From positions 3,836-67,835 of the forward strand of contig JAKQKX010000062.1 of assembly GCA_029560465.1 (NCBI GenBank): DNA of 64,000 nucleotides, given 5' to 3'. Shown piece by piece: positions 9,156 to 17,305 of the stretch (position 1 is the first letter of the stretch; every line of letters starts with the position of its first letter). The position numbers were made by a program, and so were the translations under genes. Below the pieces are notes generated by a model. It had not been told where the DNA came from. It saw nothing but the letters and a program-made list of their open reading frames with translations, and ran no database searches. Source of the stretch: Candidatus Omnitrophota bacterium (lineage in GTDB: Bacteria > Omnitrophota > Gorgyraeia > Zapsychrales > JANLHA01).

Positions 9156-10181
9156 ATGGTTATTTCTGATCAACCGCGGGGGGATGTCGTTAAGGCCGTC
9201 GGACTTGTGTCCGGTGGGCTGGACAGCGCGCTAGCGGTTAAAATTTTAACGGATATCGGGGTTGACGTCACCGTCGTGACGTTTGTCATGCCTTGGGGTG
9301 ATCGCGAGCCCCTCCAGGTCCAGGCTTTGGCCCGGCAGCTGGGGGTCCCTTTAAAAGTTTTTGCGTTGGGGGAAGATTATCTTGAGATGTTGCAGCACCC
9401 CTGTTACGGGTATGGGGCGGCGTTTAACCCTTGCATGGACTGTCATTTATTCATGATGAAAAAGGCGGCTCAGTATATGAGGGAGGTCGGAGCCGAATTC
9501 CTTTTTACGGGGGAGGTTCTCGGCCAACGGTCCATGTCGCAGAGACGGGCGTGTTTGAATGTCCTGGAAAAAGCTGCGGGGCTGGAAGGCCGTTTGTTAA
9601 GGCCCTTGTCGGCCGGCTTGTTGGCGCCCACGATCCCGGAACAGGACGGGCGTGTTGACCGCGGCCGCCTCTTGGGCCTTTCAGGGAAGGGACGGCAGGC
9701 GCAGTTCGCTTTGGCTAAACAATGGGGGATTACCGCGTTTTCTCCTCCCGGAGGGGGCTGCCTGCTGACGGAAGGCCCTTTCGGCCGGAAAATGAAAGAT
9801 TTCTTGCGATTTGGTTTCCGGGATTACCGGGAGACCGTTCTTCTAAGATGGGGGCGGTATTTCCGTTTGTCATCGGATTTCGTGGCGGTCCTGGGACGGG
9901 ATGAACATGAAAATGAGCAGCTTCTGACGTCGGGCCATCCGGATGACCTGATGATGACATTATCTGGGGACAAGCCAGGGCCTTTGCTTATCTTGAAAGG
10001 GGCTTCCCCGCCCCAGGTCATTCTTTCGATGGCGGCGGGGCTTGTTCAGCATTATTCAAAATATAAGGGGGAGGCGCCGCAACCGGTTGATTACGCGTGC
10101 TTGCGCCGCCTTTCAGACAGGTCTTCCGTGATGGCCACCCGGCTGGAGGAACAGCAAATTTGGCAATGGCGGGTTGGATAG
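9156..10181 (+). CDS. PP-loop superfamily ATPase (ThiI/MnmA-like, possible tRNA sulfurtransferase) with C-terminal extension
   Basis: SGGLDSALA PP-loop at N-terminus, conserved Cys pair CMDCH; SD aggagaagcg before ATG 9156. Confidence 0.55.
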   Translation: MVISDQPRGDVVKAVGLVSGGLDSALAVKILTDIGVDVTVVTFVMPWGDREPLQVQALARQLGVPLKVFALGEDYLEMLQHPCYGYGAAFNPCMDCHLFMMKKAAQYMREVGAEFLFTGEVLGQRSMSQRRACLNVLEKAAGLEGRLLRPLSAGLLAPTIPEQDGRVDRGRLLGLSGKGRQAQFALAKQWGITAFSPPGGGCLLTEGPFGRKMKDFLRFGFRDYRETVLLRWGRYFRLSSDFVAVLGRDEHENEQLLTSGHPDDLMMTLSGDKPGPLLILKGASPPQVILSMAAGLVQHYSKYKGEAPQPVDYACLRRLSDRSSVMATRLEEQQIWQWRVG

Positions 10182-10190
10182 GAATTTTTC

Positions 10191-11789
10191 ATGCTCAAGG
10201 GAAAAAATATTTTTGTAAGACCCGCCACACCGCTTTATCAAAAATTATTGCTGGTGACCGGCGGCGTGGTTTTGTCTTTGTCCATCGTGGAAGGGCTTTT
10301 GCGGGGAGGAGGACTGCTTTTTTCTTTCTTCCAGGATGTTTCCAACCGGGTCACGTTTGAGGGCCAGGAGTACCGGATCCTCTGTATCGGGGAGTCGACA
10401 ACCGCCTTGGGTGGGGAAAATTCTTATCCGTCCCAACTCGGGCAGATTTTAAAGCAACGGCGCCCGGATTTTTCTTTTCAGATTATCAATAAAGGTTTGG
10501 TCTCGAAAACATCAGCCGATATCCTGCTTCAGCTGCCCGGGTATCTTCAGGCGTACCGGCCGCACGCCGTTGTCGCGATGATAGGGATCAATGACGCCGG
10601 GACCTTGGGCGAAACCAGGCAAGCTGCCCAAGGGGGCCGGCCTGTTTTCGCGCGGTTGCGGCTGTACAAGCTGTTTCGTTATATCCATCTCCATGTGACC
10701 GCGAAGCTGCGGGAACGGCGGGGGAACGGCCTTCGCCCGCAAGCCACTGGCGACGGGCAGAAAGAGGCCGGGGAGGAAAGCCCTGTCACGGACGCCCGAA
10801 CTTCGGAGATCGTGCGGGACCGCGTCCGGAGGCTTGAAGAATTGAGAGCCGCGGCCGGGGCGCAGCTGGCGCGGAACCGCTCGCCGGAAGAACGGTCCGT
10901 GATTTTGCGGCGGATGAGCCAGTTGAAGGTTACGGAGAGTTACCTGCGCCTGCATCTGGGGTGGTATCACCGCATGCATCAGAATTACGGCGAGGCCGAG
11001 GAGCACCTGCGGGCGGCGGTTCAACTGGACCGAAATAATTACGGGGCTTTTGTGGAGCTGGCCCGTTGTTACTCCGAACAGGACCGGTGCGGGGACGCCC
11101 TCCCTTTGCTGCACCGGGCCGTGCTTTTGAGCGCGGATTCAGTGCTGGCGATGATGGAGTTGGCCAAATGCTATGAGGCCGTCGGCCGCAGTGACGTGGC
11201 GAAAGATTTTTACTGGAAAGTGTTTCTAAAAGATTCTCAGCTTTTTAAGCTCGATGGAACCATCGGGCGGTGGTTGATGGAACACGGGTTTTATCAGGAA
11301 GCGGAAATCGTGTTGAAGGAAACGATTGAGGAGTATCCGGAGGATTTCTTTTTTTATGAACAACTAGCGCAGCTTTATGCTGCGATCGGGGAGGAGGAAA
11401 AAGCCCGGAGCATCTTCGCGCGGGGCAATGCCGTTCGGGAGCAGCAGGAGAGGTATTTGCCCGAGACCGTGGATAATTACCGGACAATAGCGTCCCTGAT
11501 TTTAAAGCGCGGGATCCGGTTGGTTTGCATGCAGTACCCGCTTCGGGATATCGGGCCTTTAAAGGATATTTTCCCGGGGCGCCCGGAGATCCTTTTTGTG
11601 GAGAACAAAAGAAATTTTGCCGAGGCTTTACGCGAGGGGGATTATAACGAGTATTTTTCGGATTCGTTTGCCGGGAATTTCGGGCACTGCACGCCGAAAG
11701 GGAACCGTCTCATTGCGGAGCAATTGGCGGACATCATCTTATCTGAAGCCGGGCGGGGCTCAGAAAAGAAGGTCGGGGATGAACGATAA
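10191..11789 (+). CDS. SGNH/GDSL-type hydrolase split by a central TPR-repeat insertion; N-terminal TM anchor
   Basis: Block I ILCIGESTT, block III GINDAG, then ~250 aa of TPR-like repeats, then block V GHCTPKGNRLIAEQLADII (DxxH-type) at C-terminus. Confidence 0.55.
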   Translation: MLKGKNIFVRPATPLYQKLLLVTGGVVLSLSIVEGLLRGGGLLFSFFQDVSNRVTFEGQEYRILCIGESTTALGGENSYPSQLGQILKQRRPDFSFQIINKGLVSKTSADILLQLPGYLQAYRPHAVVAMIGINDAGTLGETRQAAQGGRPVFARLRLYKLFRYIHLHVTAKLRERRGNGLRPQATGDGQKEAGEESPVTDARTSEIVRDRVRRLEELRAAAGAQLARNRSPEERSVILRRMSQLKVTESYLRLHLGWYHRMHQNYGEAEEHLRAAVQLDRNNYGAFVELARCYSEQDRCGDALPLLHRAVLLSADSVLAMMELAKCYEAVGRSDVAKDFYWKVFLKDSQLFKLDGTIGRWLMEHGFYQEAEIVLKETIEEYPEDFFFYEQLAQLYAAIGEEEKARSIFARGNAVREQQERYLPETVDNYRTIASLILKRGIRLVCMQYPLRDIGPLKDIFPGRPEILFVENKRNFAEALREGDYNEYFSDSFAGNFGHCTPKGNRLIAEQLADIILSEAGRGSEKKVGDER

Positions 11790-12363
11790 GGAACGTTTGG
11801 ATAAGGAGCGGGATTTCCGGCGCCTTTACGATTTTGTCGCCCAGCAGGTTCTTGCCGGGCTGTATAAATCGGATATTATTGATAAACTTATTGATCTGGG
11901 GGTGGACAGGGTCACGGCGGCTGACCTTGTCGGGGAGATGGAGCGCCGGATGAAAAATATGATGGCGCGGACCGTGCTGTGTCTGTTGCGCCGCGATCCC
12001 TGGAGGCAGCGGTTATGCGAAGAATTAAGATATTTGGGCTTTCAGCCCTTTATAACCGAAGATGAGGAAGAGGCGGCCGTCCAGGTCCGAAAGATTGTTC
12101 CCAACCTGATTTTTTTAGACAATCAGGTCCTCGCTTCGGATGGCTTGAATTTTATAAAGGCGCTGCGCCAGTCTCCTATCGGCAGGAAAATTCCGGTTTT
12201 TCTGCTGTCGGACCGGCCTCTTCAAAAGGACACGTTCTTAGCGTTCAAATTTGTCGAGTTTATTGAGAAGCCGGTGAGCCCGTCGGATATTTGTTCCCGC
12301 ATTAAAAGGCTCTTCCTGTTCCCGGGGGAGGATCAATGCGGGGGAATTCCCGATGACAGATAA
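11779..12363 (+). CDS. Hypothetical protein with C-terminal degenerate receiver (pseudo-REC) domain
   Basis: ATG 11779 overlaps upstream stop by 11 nt; C-terminal LIFLDNQ..DGLNFIKALR...IPVFLLS resembles REC, but the N-terminal acidic pocket is replaced (LCLLRRDP). Confidence 0.45.
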   Translation: MNDKERLDKERDFRRLYDFVAQQVLAGLYKSDIIDKLIDLGVDRVTAADLVGEMERRMKNMMARTVLCLLRRDPWRQRLCEELRYLGFQPFITEDEEEAAVQVRKIVPNLIFLDNQVLASDGLNFIKALRQSPIGRKIPVFLLSDRPLQKDTFLAFKFVEFIEKPVSPSDICSRIKRLFLFPGEDQCGGIPDDR

Positions 12364-12461
12364 GCAGGCCCTGCTTTCCCCTGGGCCATTCCCTTGCCTG
12401 GCGTTGGGTTTAGGAGTAGAATAATTACTCATATTTGAAAATGGTATAAAAGGCGGGTCGC

Positions 12462-12974
12462 ATGGATTGGGTTTACCTTCAATTGTTGGGCCGGATGGTC
12501 CTCATCAATATTGTGCCGTTTTTTCTGGTCTTTCATTTGGTGATGAAAAGGCGGGATCAATTCCGGGGAAAGGGGCACAGTGAATTAAAATTGATCGCCA
12601 AGGAGATTCAGATTGTCGGCTTGCTGGGATATTACGTGATTTTATCGATTTTCTTTTTCTCGATCCCGGTGCTGCAGTATCTCAACACCAAGCCGGGGTA
12701 CAATATCGTCCTTGTTCAGCCGGATGACTATACGGTCTTCCTTATTTCATTCATTTCTTTTTCCCTTGTTGTGTGTTCCGTGTATTTGAAATGGAAACGG
12801 GTTTGGGCGTACCGGCTGTCTTTGTTTATCATAACCGGATTATTGATTTACGCTTTCTTTTCTATCCTGGAGTGGGGGTTGATTTCTTTCGTCCCGGTCA
12901 CCGTGTTCGCATATTTGACGTACCGGCTGAAGCGCCCGTCTCTCCATCGGGAACTGCGGATAAAAGAGCGGTGA
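12462..12974 (+). CDS. Hypothetical integral membrane protein (4-5 TM)
   Basis: Hydrophobic helices throughout; stop overlaps next start (TGATG). Confidence 0.45.
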   Translation: MDWVYLQLLGRMVLINIVPFFLVFHLVMKRRDQFRGKGHSELKLIAKEIQIVGLLGYYVILSIFFFSIPVLQYLNTKPGYNIVLVQPDDYTVFLISFISFSLVVCSVYLKWKRVWAYRLSLFIITGLLIYAFFSILEWGLISFVPVTVFAYLTYRLKRPSLHRELRIKER

Positions 12975-13744
12975 TGAAAAGGCGCGTTTTGGTTTTATTC
13001 CTGTGTTGTGTTTCCGGGTGGGGTTGGCCGGCGGCGCTCCCGGCGGTTGAGGAACACCCTGCGATCACCCGGCTGACAACCCGGATTCAGGATGAGTTCG
13101 GCATCAGGATCATTTACCGCGAAGTGCCGGAAGAAATTCATCCTGCCATAGTTTTTTCCCCCCCGGAGCCTCAAGATGATGGTGCCCTGGTTAAATATTT
13201 GATATTGTTGCAGGAGGAGCTTCGCCGCTATCCGGAATGTTTTTATCAAAAAATCCGGCTCGAGGCTATCGTGCTGGTGAAACGGCAATTTTACGATTCC
13301 CGGCCTTTGGAGGGGCTGTATCAGCGCAATACCCGTATTATTGTTTTTGATTTTTTGAGAAATCAGGAACATGTCATTAAGCAACGCCTTAATGTCCACC
13401 ATGAGCTTTATCACATGTTTGAAAGTCAAAACGGGCTGGCATGGCGGTTTCGTGATTGGGAAAGCATGAACGTGCCGGGCTTTGCCTATCATGTCCCGGA
13501 AACCTTGCAGCCGGGCGGGAATCCGGTGAATTATTTCGCTCCGCCGGTTCAGGGATTTGTGACGTATTATGCCATGAAGAATCAGGCCGAAGACCGGGCG
13601 GAAATATTCGCGGCCCTGATGATAGCCAGCCAGCGGCGGGTCGTGCTCCGATGGATCAAGAATGACCCGGTCCTTCGGGAAAAAGTCAACATTCTCCGGG
13701 CGGAGGTGATCGGGTTATGCCCGGACATGGAAGGAAGGCTTTGA
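12974..13744 (+). CDS. Secreted hypothetical protein with HExxH zinc-metallopeptidase-like motif
   Basis: Signal-peptide-like N-terminus MKRRVLVLFLCCVSGWGWPAALPA; HELYH motif (NVHHELYHMFE). Confidence 0.5.
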   Translation: MKRRVLVLFLCCVSGWGWPAALPAVEEHPAITRLTTRIQDEFGIRIIYREVPEEIHPAIVFSPPEPQDDGALVKYLILLQEELRRYPECFYQKIRLEAIVLVKRQFYDSRPLEGLYQRNTRIIVFDFLRNQEHVIKQRLNVHHELYHMFESQNGLAWRFRDWESMNVPGFAYHVPETLQPGGNPVNYFAPPVQGFVTYYAMKNQAEDRAEIFAALMIASQRRVVLRWIKNDPVLREKVNILRAEVIGLCPDMEGRL

Positions 13745-13808
13745 TCCCGCTTTTTCAGCCGGAGGAGCGGAAGTCAACGGAAACAGGGGAGAAGTGGAAT
13801 AAACTTAA

Positions 13809-13836
13809 TTGCTAAAAAATTTTTATCCTTTATAAT
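13809..13836 (+). promoter_or_regulatory. Near-consensus sigma70 promoter (TTGCTA - 16 nt - TATAAT) in AT-rich spacer
   Basis: -35 13809-13814, -10 TATAAT 13831-13836, 26 nt upstream of MORN gene start; RBS aaaggaaat. Confidence 0.4.
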
Positions 13837-13862
13837 AGAAATAAAGAAAGGAAATATATAAA

Positions 13863-14258
13863 ATGAAAAAGACTATAAATATTATTTTAATAATTATAAA
13901 TATTATAGGGTTCACGCCATGGGTTGCTGCTGGAGAATCCCGGGGGGATTATGTAAAAAAGGAATATTATGATAATGGGAACCTGAAGCTTTATTTGAAA
14001 TTTAAAAACGAGCGGATCGTTCGTAAAAAAGCTTTCTACCGCAACGGCCGCGTTAGGGAGGATTGGGTTTACCGTGACGGGGAGCTGCTGCGCATTGCCC
14101 ACTATTATGAGAGCGGGCGTTTATATAGTGTGTGGACGAAGAAATCGGGGGTGACGAAGTATTATGATTCGAATGGCCGGTTACGGACCGCAGTTGACCT
14201 GCGTCCTGAAAATTTGAATTCGGGTCTTCCTTCCACGTTTATTTTTTCCGGCCCTTGA
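13863..14258 (+). CDS. MORN-repeat (YwqK-like) secreted/lipoprotein
   Basis: Signal peptide, repeated YxNGxL(K/R) units (YYDNGNLKLY, FYRNGRVRED, YYESGRLYSV, YYDSNGRLRT). Confidence 0.6.
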   Translation: MKKTINIILIIINIIGFTPWVAAGESRGDYVKKEYYDNGNLKLYLKFKNERIVRKKAFYRNGRVREDWVYRDGELLRIAHYYESGRLYSVWTKKSGVTKYYDSNGRLRTAVDLRPENLNSGLPSTFIFSGP

Positions 14259-14326
14259 GGAGTGGCGTTTGCTGTCTTCCTGAGGTGAAGGTTTGATAAA
14301 TCAGGTGATTATGAAGGGATCGGGAG

Positions 14327-15670
14327 ATGTCTTTTGGGCTTCTAGGGGTGGTGTTTTCGTTTATTTTTTTTGATGCCGTTTTTATTAAGAAACAGGACCC
14401 GGTGCTTTATCAAAAATGTGTCCGGTCAGGTTTTTGGCCGGTCGCAGCCTATGGTGTCCTGGTGCTGATGCTTTTTGTGTTATCCAAGCGATGGGAGGAC
14501 CTCCCGGTTTACGGGTTTCTTTTTGTCCTTCCGGTTTACTTGTTCAAGCGTTACGGGTTTCTTAGGAGATTAAACCCGGCCCGCAGGGACCCGCAGGTCT
14601 TGGGCCTCGGGCTTTCCCTCACCCTGGATGCGTTCAACATGGCGCTGATTTGGGCTGCGGTCATGTCTCTTTTGACCATGGGATTAGAGTTTTTTTCGAG
14701 CCTTTACCCTCAAATGCAATCTGATCTCGGGGAGGTTGTATTCATTTCTGGGCTGTCGCCACTTTTTCTTTTATGGTTTATTAACAAAAGCATCCGGAAG
14801 TACCGGGATATTTCTTTTAGAGAAATCCTTGGCCTGCAGCGCCAGGGCCTTCCCTTGTGGAGGCTGATCGGCGTCCCGTTCCTGGCCGGCATCGGAATGG
14901 CGGCGGTTTCCAGTATGATGATCCATTCCCGGGAGGCTCAGCCGGCGACTCCGTTGACCCGGATGGTGGAATCGACGACATCACCGTGGATATTTTTGTC
15001 ATTACTTGTGGTTGCGGTGTTTATGGCGCCTTTTTTGGAGGAAATTATTTTCCGTGGATACCTTTATTATCTTGTCGAGAAGATAAAAGGGAAAAAAACG
15101 GCGGTCATCCTTATCGCGTTCCTTTTTGGCCTCCTGCATGTCGAACAGTACTGGGGCGATTGGACCGCGATCACGATGGTGGCTATCCTGGGCGTTTTGC
15201 TGACCTTACAACGGATGTGGACGCGTTCCTCTATCCCTGGGGTTATTACGCATTACGTTTATAATGGGGCCATGACGGTCTTGTCCGTCCTGGTTTTTAT
15301 GACCAGTTATCCGAGTTATTATGAATTCCAGACAAAGTTTCCCGAGTTGACTTTTCAGGAGAAAGAAACGCTGCTTAAAAAGAGCATGGAGCAGTCCCCG
15401 GGATTAGCCGGTCCTTATAACGATTTGGCCTGGATTTACGCCGAGCAAAATATACATCTGTCCCGGGCCTTGGAGTTGGCGGACCGGGCTTTGGCCCTGG
15501 ATCCGGATAATTACGCGTTTTTGGACACGAAAGCGGAGGTCCTGTATAGATTAGGACGGGTTGATGAAGCTGTGGCTATTGCCGAGACGCTGGTACGGGA
15601 ATATTCTGCCAATGCGTATTCTCAGCAGCAATTGGATAAATTTAAGTCGGGGTTGAAAGAAGAGGAATAA
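14327..15670 (+). CDS. CPBP-family (CAAX/Abi) intramembrane metalloprotease fused to C-terminal TPR domain
   Basis: Motif 1 EEIIFRG, motif 2 FGLLH, motif 3 HYVYNG within TM region; C-terminal TPR-like repeats (DLAWIYAEQN..., AFLDTKAEVLYRLGRVDEA). Confidence 0.7.
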   Translation: MSFGLLGVVFSFIFFDAVFIKKQDPVLYQKCVRSGFWPVAAYGVLVLMLFVLSKRWEDLPVYGFLFVLPVYLFKRYGFLRRLNPARRDPQVLGLGLSLTLDAFNMALIWAAVMSLLTMGLEFFSSLYPQMQSDLGEVVFISGLSPLFLLWFINKSIRKYRDISFREILGLQRQGLPLWRLIGVPFLAGIGMAAVSSMMIHSREAQPATPLTRMVESTTSPWIFLSLLVVAVFMAPFLEEIIFRGYLYYLVEKIKGKKTAVILIAFLFGLLHVEQYWGDWTAITMVAILGVLLTLQRMWTRSSIPGVITHYVYNGAMTVLSVLVFMTSYPSYYEFQTKFPELTFQEKETLLKKSMEQSPGLAGPYNDLAWIYAEQNIHLSRALELADRALALDPDNYAFLDTKAEVLYRLGRVDEAVAIAETLVREYSANAYSQQQLDKFKSGLKEEE

Positions 15671-15671
15671 C

Positions 15672-17246
15672 ATGCTGAAAATTTTTTTAAGGACGGGACT
15701 TATGGTATGCATTTTTGTAACGGGAGTCTGGGCGGAAGAACCTGGTGGCCCTATTGCCGGGCCTCCTTCGGAGGGGACGGCGGCCGCGGCGCTGGACGCG
15801 CGCCCGGCAGAACCCGCCGGAGAAAGAGAGCCGGGATTATCCTTAGAGTCCACGCGGGAATCCTTTGTGATTGAAATCCGAATCCCAGAAAGCCCTCTGG
15901 ACCCCGATGCTGTCCCGGTCGTTCCGAGGGTAGCCTCCCCGACCCAGAAGATCCTTCCGGAAGTGGATTTTCATCAGAGCCCTTTTCCAGACGCTTTGCG
16001 GGTTATCTCTGAAGGAAGTGGGGTGCCGATTGAGGGCGCGGACGCTTTATCGGGAACGGTCACCCTGTGTTTGCGGGAGATATCTTTTGAGCAGCTGTTA
16101 TTTTTACTTATGAAAATGAGTAAGGGGGCTTTTGTGTTTGAAGGCCAGAATGTCCGTGTTATGACTTCCGACGCGTATGAAATTAAGTACGGGCAGCCTT
16201 TTGCGCCGGAAATAGATGTTGCTGTCATGCCCTTGCGTCACCGGACGGTTAAAGACATAAAAGAGAATTTGGAGCAGTTGGAAAGCCTGAAAGGCCATTT
16301 GTTCATGGACGAGAAGAATCAACAGTTGATCGTTTTGGACCGGCAGGACCCTATGGAACAGATGATGGCGCTGCTGAGGTCTTGGGATATGCCTCCTTTG
16401 ACGACGAAAACGTTTCCTTTGCAGAACCTTAAACCGGAGACTGCGGCGGAAAGGCTGTCGGTTGTGTTAACGGAAAATGTCGGGACGGTGACTGTGAATT
16501 CGGAAACCCGGCAAGTGACCGTGAGGGATGCGACGGCGAATTTTCAGAAGATTGAGACATTCCTTCAAGCGCTGTCCCAAGCTCCCGAAATCGTGTGGCG
16601 GCTTCAGATGTCGAGGATTCAACTGAACGAAGAGCATCAAGACGGGATTGATTGGGAGGCGATTGTCTCAGAATACCAGAAGGCTGGCATTTTGGGGTAC
16701 AAAGTGGGCCTGCCTCCTGAACAGAACCATTTGAGCGTCGGGACGATCACCCAAGAAGATCTGCCGGTGCTCAAAGACGCTTTGGACGCGGCGGGACAAC
16801 TGATCGATCTTTACGACATGACAGAAGGGGCTGATTTTAACAATGAGATAACTTTTGTTTTGGATACGATGCAGAACCCGAAAAAATTCCGGGACCCTGA
16901 GGGGCTCGCCTTGACGCTCAAGGTGCGTTTGAAAAAGGCCGACAGGGAAAAGTATGTGGTCCAGGTGAACCCGGATTTGACCTGGTTAGCCGACAATGCG
17001 CCGGCAGTCCAGCCGTCCTCGGTGGAGACTTTTACCCCTCAGGATTCGATAGCGGTCCTGTTAAGAAAACATGACGTTATCGTCCTGGGTGGGCTATTGA
17101 GGGAAAAAGAATTGGAACGGACATCTAAAATTCCGTTGCTCGGGGATTTGCCTTTCCTGGGTTTCATTTTCCGTTCCGAGAACCGGCTGATTTTACGTAC
17201 GGAATACATTATTTTCTTGATCCCTGATTTTCCGGAATTGCCTTGA
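15672..17246 (+). CDS. Secretin-family outer-membrane channel protein, short paralog (GspD/PilQ-like)
   Basis: C-terminal secretin signature IPLLGDLPFLGFIFRSENRLILRTEYIIFLIP; paralogous to 28304-30079 (QMSRIQLNEEHQDGIDWEAIV vs IEAKILQVVLSDQHKFGVDWEAVV). Confidence 0.65.
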   Translation: MLKIFLRTGLMVCIFVTGVWAEEPGGPIAGPPSEGTAAAALDARPAEPAGEREPGLSLESTRESFVIEIRIPESPLDPDAVPVVPRVASPTQKILPEVDFHQSPFPDALRVISEGSGVPIEGADALSGTVTLCLREISFEQLLFLLMKMSKGAFVFEGQNVRVMTSDAYEIKYGQPFAPEIDVAVMPLRHRTVKDIKENLEQLESLKGHLFMDEKNQQLIVLDRQDPMEQMMALLRSWDMPPLTTKTFPLQNLKPETAAERLSVVLTENVGTVTVNSETRQVTVRDATANFQKIETFLQALSQAPEIVWRLQMSRIQLNEEHQDGIDWEAIVSEYQKAGILGYKVGLPPEQNHLSVGTITQEDLPVLKDALDAAGQLIDLYDMTEGADFNNEITFVLDTMQNPKKFRDPEGLALTLKVRLKKADREKYVVQVNPDLTWLADNAPAVQPSSVETFTPQDSIAVLLRKHDVIVLGGLLREKELERTSKIPLLGDLPFLGFIFRSENRLILRTEYIIFLIPDFPELP

Positions 17247-17305
17247 AGGGGCGTTACCGGCCGTATGCTTTTTCCCTGGACCTGATCCTGTCAACACGGA
17301 TAGCT

